DNA of 64,000 nucleotides from Balanoglossus misakiensis (lineage: Eukaryota > Animalia > Hemichordata): assembly GCA_040954595.2 (NCBI GenBank), contig CM082581.2, positions 13,341,921 to 13,405,920 on the forward strand, read 5' to 3'. Position 1 is the stretch's first letter; each line of letters starts with the position of its first letter. Below the pieces are notes generated by a model. The model did not search any database and was not told where the DNA came from. It saw only the letters and a list, made by a program, of their open reading frames with translations. Below, one piece after another: positions 1-14,662 of this stretch. The position numbers and the translations under genes were made by a program.

Positions 1-3000
1 ACATTTGGTCTGTGATGGACTTAATAAAAAAGATCATTATTATATTTAATATATTTATATCACTGTATTAAAACGAAGACTAGGCGACTGTTGAAACAGG
101 AATTAAACTTAAATGCTTACAAAAACTAGTATGCCTGACTGCTTGTCAAATGTCAAAATCGTGCATAAAGATTAATTACTTAATCCCCCCATTTTGTTGA
201 ACAGATAGATAACACTTCCTACATAATATTTCCAGATAGGATACACCCAAGTTTATTTTATCATTTGATTAGCATGCAAACGATGAATAGAAACTAGACG
301 TGGGTGTGATGTATTTTTGTGCCACTAATATCATATCTCTGTGTCATATAATTATATTCAAATTGGCAAACCTGGGTAGAAGGCTCTGTTGAAACTGCCA
401 TTTTCTATTCTAAGCATCATTACATCCACTGACATAATACAAATGAAGCTGGTCGCCCACTAATTACCCATCCTCATGAATAAAAAGCAACCATTTCATT
501 TCCATTTTATTTAAATCGACGATAATCCTAACAACGGCATGGCTGCCGTATTCACTTGGTAATCATACAGCAAGTCCTTTTCCATGCTGACTCAATATCA
601 GAGGCCAGGCTTGATAACATCAATAAAATATACATTAGAAATTAAACAGGATTGTGTTATCAGTAGATGGGTTACACTTCACTTATGAAAGAGCTCTCAA
701 CTGATGAATTGACCAGAAAAGAACCACTGATGTAGTACAAGAATTGTTTATTGATCTCCACTGCAAGTCAGCGTGGAAATGCATTTTGCAGCTTCCAAAT
801 GGCAGGGCATTTAATAACAACAAAGCTTTCCATGAGAGGCCATCAGTGAGGAAATTCTACCATCCACTGGATGACCATGTCCCACAAAAGGACTAAAATT
901 CACACACGGATAGGCTTACAAAATAGCCGAGATGTTTGGCCGGCATAATTGGCTAGAGTCTGACACTTATAATGATTTCGAATATCCCCCCCCCCCCCCC
1001 CCCCCGAATAATATTTATATCTGCCAAGAGGCACAACCGCCCTATTGTTAACACAGGTACTAGGTATAAGGTTGGGACAATAAAGAAGGTCGTTACCAGC
1101 CGAATAAAAATACCAGGCCGCGGTTTTAAGACTCGTACACGAGGAAAATAATCCCCATCAGCTATCTCCCCGTAAAATAACAACAACCACACTTATAGAA
1201 CCCATCATATGCCAAAATTAAAGGCGCACGCCATTATGCAAATCCCTATCCACTGACTAACTGAGATCATGTTCATTTCACACTCGTATTACTCAAGGTT
1301 GTGACGAACAACTCGACAGTACTACACACATACATTACGGACGCATTACGGGATAAAAGGAAAAGTCGTACACTTATGAGACAAGAGGTGTCTATTTATT
1401 TCAATGCCAAGGAAACATAAATTACGAGGTGCACTACGGTAGGAGGGACCCCCACTACCATAACACAGAACAAGTATTTTAAGAAAAAATCCATATCGTG
1501 AATCGATCGGACGCGTTTCATTCAAATACAGCATTAAAGATTGAAATCGTTTGTTCAACTTCCAGTTGTCGACTGTGTGTAGCACGGTAGCTTTGCAAAA
1601 CATCGCAACAACAGTAATTGTGACAGTCAACGTTGATCAGCCATACGAGGAATGTCCCCATTCTTGTCGAGATGTACATTACATTATTTGCCGCGCTCTC
1701 ACCCTGATATAGCCAATAAATAGCTGCCGTATAAGATCTCCAAGCCAAGGAGTTGAACAAGTCGCGTATTTCGCTGTCGAAAGATATCTGTCTATCGAAA
1801 GAAGCAGACAGGTCAGACCCAGACTGTTGTGTTGACGCTCGTTTGATCAAGGATACCGTTGCCGGCGATTTACATCATGATACGCGCGTCATATATATAA
1901 TATAGCGCGCGTTGAGCGTCTCTTTTGTATTAAAGCTCCGTGTGTTCATTATGTTACGGAGAGGAGACCGTCAGATGATGATAGCAAAGTCTTTGTCTCT
2001 GTAAAACCTATTCGTTAACCCTGAAACAGTAGCTAACAAATCGATTTTTCAGAATGACTTCACCTACCTGTACTACTACTAACTTCTTGAGTGTCGGAAT
2101 GTCCGAGTAATCTCTTCTGCCGAACCCTCTTCAGCGTTTGGCCCACTGTGCACAAAAGACAATTAACATAAAATGAAGATTTCTGCAGAAATGACAACTA
2201 TCGACAGAGGCACACGGGGAGCCTATACTTACTTCCAAAGAGCCTTATTTTGTAGATGTTAGTACGACGTTTTCCGACATCTTCAGCCTTGTACACAGAA
2301 GCTGCTGCTGTATATATCCTATTAATCTGATGATCGATGAAGTGTTCTTGCACATGCGCTCTCTGGCATAGGTTGAAAGGTTATACTTTCGCTGTAGGGG
2401 CCTTTTCGTTATCACCATCAATAATACGTGTAAGCTTATAAGGAGAACATCCCCCCATATTGAAGTTTCCACATCCCTCTAAATGTGGATAGAGACATAT
2501 TTCCGAATAAGGCAAATCCAAGACAGATGCCCAAAAAGTGTACCCATGGCAACCAGGGGCCAGCTCAGTATTCAAAGACTGATAGCTGACGCATCCCTTT
2601 ACGTTTCCAGTTTCTAGAACAACCCATTGACTATAATCTGACCACACACTCCAAATTATCAATCTCAATGCATTTAGGCCTATCATATTTTCGATGAAAT
2701 CCTTCGTAATTATTCACAAAGGCCTAACATGACCTTGTCAGTATTTATTTATAATTGTGTTTACATTCTCCCTGTTTCTTCTATAAACTCATCCAGCAAT
2801 GTACATAGTCCGAACCGCAGAGAAACTATAAGCAAGCGAAGCTGGAAATCTAGTATATAGTATAATGTTTTTCTCAAAAACAGACTATGGTTCGATTCTG
2901 CCTGCCAAACATCGCAAAAATGTCACAACAATTCACTTTATTGAACAATATACAAGATCCATAAAGCTAGCGTTACCGAGCAATCACATTTCTGTGTTGC

Positions 3001-4539
3001 CCAGTGCAACTGACGCAACTAGCGCAGCCAACGGTAGAGGTGTAAGAAACCAGCAGGGGTTACTAAATGTTGGTGAAAACAATAATGTTTCATGAGGTAT
3101 TAATTTTGGTCTGGTTGATTTTAATGGATAGGTACACTTTGTTTTGCTGCAGGTTTAACATTGAATACAAAAGAACAGTTATTCTGCGCAGGATCGATCA
3201 GTACTCGGCCTACAGTGTCCTCTTGTGAACGCAGAGGACAACAAATGCATGGTGATGGATCTGAAGAAGATCTTGGTTGTGGCATGGAACAGCGACACGA
3301 AACGAAATATCACGGGACTGGCAGATGAAAGTTGAAGGACGAAGAAATTCAATGGGAATTCAAGGAATATATGAGAATGGCCAAGGAGACATAGGGGTAT
3401 GTAATTTTGTCTATTCATACTGACCCAAGCAATCATTATATTCCTAAGCCAAAGCGACCACCCTCCCAGATTAAAGTCACGAAAGAAATTTTAATCCCTT
3501 TGTCGCGCATTAGTTTTATTGGTGCGCATATTGGTGTCTCTGTTACCTATAGACAGCGCCTACAAGCGACGAATCTTCGTTCTAACGCGACGTTGATTGC
3601 ATTTCAACCGTTGAGGGCACACCATTTCCAGCAGTATCAGTGGCATGTCCCAGCAAATCAGGACATGTACAAAACCACGTATATTTAGTATTATTTAGAA
3701 GATGCAACGGAAATTTCGGTGCGAATGATCGTGCATGCGCAGAGCTCCTGAGAGACAGGCCAATAGATTGTCTCGAAACAACTTGAAGAAGACAAGGCTT
3801 TGTCTATCGTAGCACAAGTCAAGAGGCAAATAGAATCGTTTAATTCTCCGTATGTTACTAGAGTAGATGAAACGAAACTCACGGGTCTGGCAGAAGGGTG
3901 TTGGTGAAAGAAATTTCAGTCCATGCGGAAGTAAAAACGCCGAATAATTTGCAAGTGCCAGCGGCTTTCCGTTCATTACAATTGTAATAGAACTCACGTT
4001 TGAAAGTCATTGAACGGTTACTTGAAAAGTTAAGGGAAACAAACTTTCATAGCTCGCTCATTTCGAATATTGAACTCGGCAGCAATCTTTGATCGGGTAT
4101 TCTGTTTCACTCCAATTTCTGACTTCGTGGAAGGAAACCCTACGACAGACTTTTTGTGATTTGTAACATGTATATTAAAGAATACTACTAAGGCTTCGTT
4201 GGATACAAAGATTTTCCGCTGGTCATTACCCAAGTAAGGTTTTTTTTTCTTTCTGATAAGATTCACTTCTTAAATATGGACTGAAACTTTCATTACTGTG
4301 CAATGACGGTATATTAAACATCACGGAAGCCATAGAACAGGCAGATACCCTATCCGATTCATATGCCTTCGATTTCAAGCAGCTTCAGCGTACGGTTTAT
4401 TAAAAAAAGGAAAGTGCGTGATGAGCCAATGTGCCTGTTTGCAATCCATGGAAAGAAAATGGTTGTGGGTGCTTTGTTTTAAACAAAAACAGTGACTGGT
4501 ATTGTCAGGTGTCGATGTGTAGGAAATCCTCTTTAATAA

Positions 4540-4850
4540 CAATCATCTCAAAACAAGCTGTAATCCTTCTCCAACATCTTTGTCTTTCTCCCGCTAGAGG
4601 GCTAATCACACAAATGGGAGGAACCGACAAATTACACCCCGCCAACTGTTTCTCTCCGACCTATAATGTTGGCCAGAGGAGATGGAAGCGTTTAGCCCGG
4701 GCCAATAAGAACTTTCATGCAGTTTACGGTGAAATTAAACAATTACCATCGTTGGCTTCCAAAAAGGATGACTCTGATGACAGGCTTCTGATAATCAGCC
4801 GAAGAAACCTTATATTTACGCTGCCTTCGTCCAAATGTTAATCACAAAAA
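4540..4850. promoter_or_regulatory. Candidate enhancer/promoter region upstream of glass, dense in homeodomain-type sites
   Basis: TAATCC (~4561), GCTAATCA (~4601), AATTA sites (~4630, ~4733, ~4741), GATAATCA (~4790), GTTAATCA (~4837) and a CCAAT (~4702) lie within about 300 bp. This is upstream of a probable non-coding exon (donor ttt|GTAAGT at 5126, acceptor at ~5564). Motif inspection only. Confidence 0.3.
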
Positions 4851-5025
4851 ACGGTCTCGCGAGGGAACGTCAGAGTCTGCGTTGTGGTAATTTGAAGGGA
4901 TGATACATAAGGCTTATAGGTGTACGCGCGCATGCAATCTGAATCAGTAGCAAAACCGATTTATCCGAGCACCGCGAGTTGGTTTGGTTTCTTCGCCAGC
5001 CCATGTTAAGTTTCATCTGTCTGTA

Positions 5026-5068
5026 TTATCATCATCGTCATCATCATCATCATCATCACCATCATCAT
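5026..5068 (+). repeat. (TCA)n trinucleotide microsatellite, imperfect
   Basis: Run of tca/atc units seen directly; it produces the poly-Ser in spurious ORF 4984-5382. Confidence 0.85.
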
Positions 5069-5584
5069 TCTCATCACTAGGCTCCTTCGGATTCAACACT
5101 TATCAGCCTGCATTTAATAAACTTTGTAAGTATTCGTCAATATTTAAACATTGCCGCCATATCGATAAAAACGCCAGTACACACATCGGACGATTTCGGT
5201 CCTGTATGTATTTACACGCAGGCAAAATGATGCCGGGTAAGGGACAAGTTACCACGGGGGGCACATATGGTACCCCGCCCCGCTCCCCCTATTTGTGCAA
5301 CCGCTGCGACTTTGAGTTTAAATCCACGCTTAACTCTTCCGTCAAGGTGGCGAGTTTACTTGACCAAATGCTGAGCTGCTGAGAGTAATTGAAACAGGTT
5401 GCTGAAATCGTCACTGCGTCAATTTGAGCGATATTACCCCAATCAGACGGAGAGGAGGAGAGGGGGGGGGGTTAATGAGCCCTCTATAGGATATCCATCG
5501 TATGCTGGCATATGTTGTTAATGCGATGATGTTCTTTATTTCTCGTTTCTCCCTCTTCCATCAGTAATTGGTTTGACAGTTGAG

Positions 5585-8500
5585 ATGCACACCACTTCCA
5601 ACGCCACCATCTCCATGGAAGATTATTCCGGCGCGTCGACGAGCTGCGACTTGTGGAAGTCCACCAACCTGATCCACCTGCCACAGGAGGTGTCCAGGTC
5701 CAGCTCCTGTCTGGACTGGAATACTCACTCTTCCATCGACTACGACAACATGCCAAACATATTCACCCTCACATCTTACACGCCTTCATACAAGTAAGTT
5801 GTTTTCAAACTACCCATTGCAAACTGTGTTGAAATACAGGGCAGTCATGCGTCAGGGATCTGAAACATAAACTACTACGAAAAGTAAAACTGGAAACTGT
5901 GATAAGAAGAATGTAATAGAAAAGAAAAGAAAAGAAAAGAAAAATGATAAAATAAATGTTCTGATAAAAGTAGATGCACGTGAGTCAATCGGATGATTGA
6001 AGATAAAGATAATATTAACTTTACAATTAAGCAGCAGATCATATCGATAAGATCCCATCATATCGATAAACGTGTCTCCAACCAACCACGTTAGTTTGAA
6101 ATCCCGACTTTTCCATTTTCCCATGCGATCGGGAATAGTGTTCAATTTGTATTAAGGGTTACCGAGTGCCTTTTTTTCACGCTGCCACGACCACTTTGTC
6201 TGAAATCCCATCATTGTTTCATTTCTCAATTGAAATTTCGAACACAAAGCTAAGACTGTCACCTTGCCAACAAGAATAAAATGTAAAACAAAGAACATTT
6301 TCATTTCTTCTAATGCATGTCCGGCAACATACGTCTTTGTCTTAAAACACAGACATAAGAGGCGACAGTTGGACTTCTTCTATTTGTGCATTTATTAAAA
6401 ATTACTCGTCATTGGTGAAAGAAAAAGGTGTTACGAACAGCGAGAGGAAATGCTACCGGTATTAAAACAATTTAGGCGCAAAATTAGTTTTAATAGGAGA
6501 TTACTTAAGAATGCATGGTTGCACTTGAAAACAAATCAGCGAGAAAAACTACACTCGGCTTATTAGGGCAGATTAAGATATATACCGGTAAATGAGAATA
6601 TTGTCAGGAGCTTGCGGATAAGGAGGATTACATGACTTTGTTAGGGTGATATGGAACTGATTTTCGCATCGGAACAAAAAATGGTTTTAAGTCTTGTATC
6701 ACGAGCAAAACGGAAATTTGTTTTTATAGATCAGAACTGTCCAAATACGTCAGCGAAATCTAGAATCTAAAATGGGGAAAGATGTGTGTCTGCCTTATTT
6801 GCTTTATTTAATTTCTAAGTGGCGTTTTCGGCCTACTGTTTTACGCCTTTATTTCCTTTGCTGATTTTTCGCTGATCTTATTATTGTGACACTAAATTTG
6901 TTTGCAGAGATCTGACGGTGATCAAAGAGAAGGGCTCGGACGCCGTCGCCGATGTCTTGCTATCTCTGAAGAACGCCGTAGTGAGGCCTGGCAACTCCAT
7001 GTCGTCGCTTCACTCACCGTACAGCCATCAGACACGCTCCTTCAACAATAGCACCGCTAACGCGCCAAATTTCGGTAAGACGGCTCTCTCTTTCCTTGGC
7101 AACACGCACTCATTTTTTTTATTTTTCCCAACACCTCTTCGATAGCTTAAATCACATTAGGTAATTTTGACAGGGAATGGAGCTAGGAACAAATTTTGTA
7201 TATTTGGTATTTTTTCCGTTCCGGAACAAATGTGCCAACATTAAACCAGTCCTTGATTATTTACGATGTCCACAGACTGTCCGTTCAAATCACTCGTGTA
7301 CACGGCCTTTTGCTTTTCTGACGTTAATCTCTATCTGAACGCTTAGCACCATTGCGGGTAAGAACGACTTCGCAAATGATGCGCTCTTTCTAAGACATTC
7401 ACATCCTCAAGAAGGGCCACTAATAAATGAGCAACTGTAAACATATCTCCTCAACGCTATACAATGGACATAATTTGTAACATTGACCAAACAAAGTGAA
7501 ACCGACGAAAAACAATGGGATCATGAACACAAAACCAAACTTTTAGTACAATGTTCTTGCTTTAGCATAAGAATACAAATTGGCCTCGTGTCCGCCGCAT
7601 AATCCATCGTTTAAAACATATTATCGTTCCCTAAAATAATGAACGCTTTTCTCAGCATCAATGAGATCGTCAGAGAGAAATTGTTTTAGTTCAGATCCTA
7701 TGACAATATGACAATAGGCATTGAGTAGTTCAATTCTGAAATCTTGAAGGGATCATTATTTGGCGTTATCGATAACAACGAACGCACGTCACGAGAAAAT
7801 GTTTCACGGCACGCGTCGCGCAGGATACTTTCTCCCCGGCCTCTCATACGCGGTAATAAGGCAACTGATAACCGGGCTTTATTTCTGTTTGCGACTGCCT
7901 TCAACGATACGAGATTTTTGGTTTTATTTGTATTGCTGAAGCACAGCAAAATACAAGGCAAATGTTTTGTCTTTCGAGTGCCAAGTTATTCAAGATCGGG
8001 CCACAGATCAATGAGAAAATGAGTCTGTGATCCGACACACGCCCGCATGATTTTTTCTACACTTAAAATTCGTTTTTCAAGTCGCGGTTCTTCATAAAAC
8101 TTGCACAGTTTTCCGATGGCAAGCTGCATCCACATTTCCGCGACAATTCCACATTTCCGCGCGAGAAGAGGACCTCAAAGGGGACGGGCTTTTCCCGACA
8201 TTTCGCTTTTTGACGGTGAATCAATATGAGCGTTTCTCTCTGGTTTCGTGATCGTCTGCGGTGTTTAAATGCAATGAGTTCAATTCAAATTTTAAGAACG
8301 AACAGAAAATACACGATCGATATTTTTGTTTTAGGTCCCCCTCCCCCTCATCATCATCCCCCACCACCTCCACCCACTCACCACGAGCAACAAATTCTGG
8401 GTCCCGGCTATGGCAACCAATATCACAACAGTTTCCAGAACATCGACACGTCGGGTGTTGGACATCACACAACAGCATACAACCACCCTCACTCACACAG

Positions 8501-9955
8501 TCAACACTTCCAGTCGCTACAGCCCACCAACACCGTATACCACCAACCCAGTAGCGTTACCATGGCGCCGACTCAAGAAATGCCTATTTCGTGCTACACG
8601 TCCCAGGTAGGCTTGCTATATCACTGGTAATTTTACGATAACAATGACTTGATTTGAAGGATCTTTTTATTGTCTGTGATTGTGTTGTGATGTTTTGCAT
8701 TTTCACTGCCGTTTACCGATTGGCCAATATGAGTCCAACGACACTGTACGCGTATATATGTCAACAAATTTAGTTTTTTTTTTTTGCAGTTTAAAATTAA
8801 AGGATCCATATATAATGTTTTATTCGGTTTGTCCTTAATTTGTAAGAATGACAACCGTATTTCAGTATTCTTTTTTTACCCTTCTTGCTTCTTCACATAT
8901 CGGTTGTTTGACACATCCTTGCATATGATAAATACATTTTGAAAATCCTTCATCGTAGCAATTCTTTGCAAATTCCCAGGAGCAAGGAAAGTTTCCCAAG
9001 ACATCCTACATACACGACACTCCATCTTACGAAACCTACAACGTTGACTACAACAACGTGTACAGGAGCGAACCGACTCACCAGAACAAACCTTACAACA
9101 ACACGACCACCTCATCCGCGCCTTCGTACTCGGTGTACAACACCCCGTGGAAGAAACAGAAAACTGAACGAAGACAATATAGGAACGGTTGTCGGACTGA
9201 CCCCGGCAAAGGTGAGGTCCAACGGAGAGGAGCAACGGTTAGCGACAGGCAGAGAGGCAGACAGGGAGAGAGAGGGGAGGGAAAGAGCGAGAGACAGACA
9301 CAGACAGACACAGAGACAGACAGACAGGCAGGCATGATAGATACAAGGCAAACAGAGGGGCAGATTCATTATTGATACAAAGATTCATTGATTGATATTT
9401 GGCTGTTTTTCATTTTAGGTTCCAATTTATGCCGACTTTGTGGGAAAACCTACGCCCGACCAAGCACCCTAAAAACACACCTCCGCACTCATTCGGGCGA
9501 AAAACCTTATAGGTGTTCGCATTGCCACAAAGCCTTCTCCCAAGCTGCCAACTTAACGGCGCATGTGCGTACCCATAGCGGCGAAAAACCCTTCAAGTGT
9601 ATGATATGTAATCGGAGTTTTTCACAGGTGAGCAACCTTGCATTATTCAAATGAAGTCTGTCTGGATTGGTGATCACGCCAGCGCATGTGTCGCTGGCCG
9701 TAGTGTGCTTAAGTTAACCCGTTCTTCTTCTTTCACTTTCAGAGTTCCTCGGTGACCACGCACATGCGCACCCACTCCGGCGAAAGGCCTTACAAGTGCC
9801 GCCTGTGCAAGAAAGCGTTCGCTGACAGCTCAACGCTGACAAAACATCTCCGAATTCATAGCGGCGAAAAACCGTACCAGTGTAAGCTGTGTCTTCTCCG
9901 CTTCTCCCAGTCAGGTAACCTGAACCGGCACATGAGAGTACATAATAATGTCTAG
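5585..9955 (+). CDS. gl: Glass-type C2H2 zinc-finger transcription factor (5 fingers), ~433 aa, 6 coding exons
   Basis: Model join(5585..5793,6908..7074,8335..8606,8980..9211,9419..9627,9743..9955). All introns are GT-AG with consistent phases (2,1,0,1,0) and the total is 1302 nt. The fingers [28 protein letters not shown]...[14 protein letters not shown]...[14 protein letters not shown]...[12 protein letters not shown]...[21 protein letters not shown] closely match the Drosophila Glass finger array as I recall it. The exon 4 acceptor could alternatively be at 8959 (same frame), and the N-terminal start is less certain. Confidence 0.93.
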
Positions 9956-12900
9956 CCTCGCCACTTGTAATTACCACTGAGTAGGGGGAAAGCCCGCAGC
10001 ACCGCGGCATCGGAGTACGCCCAACGGTACCACAAAATTGTACAACCGTCGCTTATTTTAACACAATATAATGGTCCTAGGCTTTTATTTCTCTCGAGAC
10101 TGGTGGAAAAAATCTGTAAAAATATTATTCATATGAATGGTTTATTCGAAATAAATAATGTTTATTATCGGTGTGTCCCCAAAGTTCGGACTTTCTGGAT
10201 ATAGTCGAAAGAACCACTGGACCGTGACAGTTTTTGCATTGGAGTGCAAAGTGCCCCCCCCCCCCCCCAGTGCACCACATGCAGAGAGAAATGACCATGC
10301 TCGTTTTTGACTTGCAACTTGCAAGTGAACGCGCTGATTCTGTTAACTAATAATGACAAAATATCCATTATTCTGCCAAAACAGTTCCCCGAATTTTGTT
10401 TGGAAATTCGGCTGAGTGCTGCACACACGGGTCGTGGGAACTGGAATAATGGCGCGGCATTGTGACGGAAGACAAGAGGGCGTGCCCAATGGCTTGTGCA
10501 TTTCAGGAGGAAAAGGAGATTCGGAAAGTCCCCAAGCAACACTTTGGCTGGCTGGTATTTAAAGGGTATTAGTACCAATCAAGTCTTGAAATGAGTCCAA
10601 ATATGAAGGAAATTTGATCTTTTGTGTCAGTTTACCCCAGAAGAGTTTGAATCCACGAAAATGGCACTTGACAACACGCGGGGCAATGGGTATACATGTA
10701 TATATATATAAACTCAATATGCTTATGATCACTGTCTTCCAGTGGAGAAGCATAATTGATGCTTTTTGTGAGTACTCGACTGAAGTTCAGACTTAGTAGA
10801 TCTTAAGTTACTCATGGTCCGGAAAGGACTTGTTTGTGAGGGGATGGACACAATGAACGATCCATGTCACGACTTGGACGGTTTAGCAATACCTCACGGG
10901 TTATGGGTTGTGTGGAACCCGGGACGAATGTCCGTCTTGTGCAACGAATGATACGCATTTAAACATCGAAGTTGTAATGCGGTGATATTTTAGTGAGAAA
11001 CCTTCCATCGTGTACTTGCGTGACAAATATAATACCATTATTTCTTGCATGCAAACACCAGTATATATCTTCCGTATACAATGCATGCATGTGGTTGAGA
11101 AATCGCGGTGCTTTGCCAACTTCATTATCAAGTTTCGGGTGTTATCTGAAAATGTGCGCAGGCCGCAGCGTTTTGAAAATAGGGCCTCACCTTACCGAGG
11201 TTTCTACAGCCATGCAGATGATTGCCCTGTGTGTTTTTCGTATAGGCAGCAGTCACCGTGATAGGACTATCGTTAACCACGACTTCAAGCCTAATTTCCT
11301 TCTGATAATAATCACCAAATGAAGTACAAAAAAAACCTCGAACATTGGCAGAACTATACAATTCGTATTAAAACGTATTAAACGCGCGGCTGGGATTTGA
11401 ATCTGAATAGGATGGCCTCGCAGACTGTTACTGTAATAATTTATCTCGTTAAACTCGTGTGTGAAAACACCTCAACATACGGCGATCAACAATATTGTAT
11501 TGAACGAGGGACCAAATGAACATTTCCTATCGCCTTTATTCGTGTCACTGGTCTTATTCTCCATCGGCGCGTTACTTCATTGTACGATCTGCATGATAAA
11601 CCGCAGCAGAGGATGATTAAGTACCGTTAAAGAGTATTGTGAGATTGTCCAATTAGCTAACAGATTTTTTAACTTCTACACAATGCCCATAGACCCCGCG
11701 TTTTCAATGCATTCTCGGCTGCCCGTGCAGCGCACGGTGTTTTTTGCCCGAGCAAGCTGTGGCGTTAACGCGGTAACAATAATGCGTACATCTGTTGGTT
11801 TGCATTGCTGTGATGGTTTCAATTTTTGGTAATATTGCATCACCTTGTTCCCGTTGTGTTTTATGACAAGACAAGACAAGTCAAGACTAGTCCATATGTG
11901 CGTGTGCGTCTGTTTTGAGGGGGAGGGTATTTCATTCTTGGAAGTTGGCCTGGCGTAGTTGCAAGAATCCAGAGTGACTCTCAGAGTGTCTCAGCACAGA
12001 GTTAAATACACATACTTTTTATCGGTTTGCCAACCACTTTTTCTGTGAAGCGCAAAGATATGACTTTCAAACCGCGGATGTCTACATCAAACAGTGATCT
12101 TGAATATTACACCGGTACAATGAACGGCACGTTTGTATAGCAGCAACATTTTTGGGGTTTCAATTCAATACGTACACGCCTGCGTATTAAAAAGACCAAG
12201 CGTGTTGTGTTTGGTGAGTCGACGTTGTTTAACAAAGTGGCCACCAAATTTAACATTCACTGTATTAAAGCAGTGTTGCCATACTTGGCCAATTAGGCCA
12301 TTTTGCTGGTACCCGCCGAGCCTCTTTACAAGTAGTTTATAATAATTCGCGGGACTACGACACGTGATTACCACATCTCTTTCTAATGAAACGTATGTCT
12401 CCCTTTTTAACATCCTCGAACGGCGCAGGGGGGCCTTTTTTTCGAAACAGGAAAGTTTAAAAGTAGTCAGAAAAAACAGAAACTAGCAAAACTTAGGTTT
12501 GTGAATTTTGAGTGTAGTTGAAAAGCGGATCGAACGAGAAGCCGATGTATTCTCCCATATGTTTTGTACGTATATGCTTTTAATGGTAAATGACTTACAA
12601 TAGCGTATGATTAGGGCTACGATGGCGGGGGTAATTGCTTGACGTCGTTCCGAGTGAGCCTCCTGTGGCAAAACGTCTCTTATACATCCAAATTAATAAT
12701 AATAATACTACAGTATGGCTTGCTAAAAGGGACAAAGTATAGCCAGAGTGCGATCATGAATAATAAAGTAATCCTCTGGTCATAGTTACACTTCTTGCAC
12801 TCATACATAAGTGCATGTACACACATACACACACACACGCACACACACAAACGACTCCCAAAACATAAACTTGAAACTTCGCAAATATGAATGCTAGGGA

Positions 12901-14662
12901 CTCTATGGTTAGTACCCGTCTCTTTCGTATGTAAGCAGCTATCTGTCTGATGATTTTAAGATGGTAAAAATGAAATATTACATAGTAACATGCATACTTC
13001 AGGCACGGCCGCGTGGGTGAACAGTGACGTCACATCAAACGTCACTCGTGAAAAACAAGTGGGAAACGATCATTGATATGGTTTCCGAAAAACGTCAAAT
13101 GACACTACAAAAAGGTTGATAAAAAATCCAAATGATGAACAAAAATGAAAAGTTGACAGCTGGCGAATTGTGCCCAATCCACAAAATATCGGGGGGGGGG
13201 GGGAACAATCTTGTCTGCGTCAATGGCAATTTTGTAAGAAAACAACATAGCTGTGTCTGTTTGCCTTTTTGCTCTATTGTTATAGTGTAATCCGGTTCCT
13301 GGAAGGTACACAATACAATCTTACAGCTCGTTCGTTGTTTCAATCAGTCATGGAGTCAACACCAATTTAGACAATTTTCCACTTCTGAGAATATTGAAGT
13401 CCACTTCTGTCAGACTGAAAAATAATTGTACTTCGGTGGAAAATATTCTTCTGGTCTTTTTTTAATCATGATTAAGTTTTCAAGTGAAGTTTTCATTTAT
13501 ATCGCATATCTATTGTGTGTGTAGTCATTGTCGAAAGTGCGCATGTGCTACTAAGTAGGTGGGATACTCCCGTTTGTAAAATACACGTACCTACAGCCAG
13601 CTTTTTCTTACTTTAACTTTGCCAGACACACTGTGATTACGCCAGAAACCTGACCTTGTTTTGTATTTAAAATGGCACATTCATACAAGAGCTACTCAGA
13701 AATGAGAAATAAAGTAAAAAATCAAAACATTTCTAAAAACTAGTAAAGGGCACACTTTTCCCAGAAATTACCCCGTGAACTGCTTAGAATATCTATCAGA
13801 TACCCCAAAAGTACGAAAAGTAAAGTTTGAGTCTCCTCTGGTTCGAAATACAGATCAACGTCTCACCCAGGGATAGGACCGCCATCTTTCCGCTATTGAA
13901 AGACTACATTGATTTGTTACTAGTGAAACAGTCTCATTACTCTATTCACCATTGACATTGCTTTATCCGTATAATTGCGATATTGTATCTCCTCTCTTAT
14001 AAATTTGGTAGATTAGCCCATGGGTTTGGTCTAATTTCCTCCCATATTACTCAAAAGGGGTAAAACATCCCAGAAAAGAAATATCTTGAAATTATTGAAC
14101 GAGAGTACCACATTCAACGGCCTAGCAACCGCCAAGACCGTTTCTAGGGCGGGGATTTTGTATTTGAGTTGTCCGTGACATCTTTATCACATCATCAAAG
14201 GCACATAGACCCGCTTGAATTGTGTTTGACATAAATGTCTTCAGACATTAATATGCCTGTCCATAAGCAATGGTGGCGGGGAGATGTATTATCTACCCGG
14301 ACACCAAATCGCAACTTGAACCGTCAATAGCCGGTGGTAGCGCTAGCGTAGCAGTCTAGCAGAGACTCCTCGTCTGGAAGCAAAAAATGCATTATCTGTT
14401 GTTACCATATAATTAATTATCACTGGTTGCTCCCCGTCACTCATGGCCCAAAGCATTTCGTTGTCAGTGGTAATTTTCCAGTCTTTTAGAAAACTAGCTT
14501 CAAACTCCATCACCGTCAATTGAAACGTGGCCACGTGACAAGGCAAACACGCGCGTCGATCGTCATTCGGCGAAATAGCTGTGTCATGGCCGACCAGATA
14601 TCAATAACACGCTAATGTATTACTTCTATTGATGTAAGTATGTGAGACGGATTGTGAAATTT

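Noticed and set aside
986-1005. Long poly-C/poly-G tracts (also ~10255, 13191, 29054, 58272, 61981) as G-quadruplex elements
   Set aside because: Mononucleotide runs are common in such genomes and their lengths are error-prone; no positional pattern.
300-2700. Several coding-looking stretches (e.g. ORFs 1346-1850, 2245-2686)
   Set aside because: Interrupted by stops and frameshifts, and I could not recognise any family; at best unidentified pseudogene or TE debris.
4984-5382. 132-aa ORF with poly-Ser
   Set aside because: Driven by the (TCA)n repeat, with no domain features; probably glass 5' UTR/intron.
9240-9335. (GA)/(GACA)-rich run giving RQTD-type ORFs
   Set aside because: Simple repeat inside glass intron 4.
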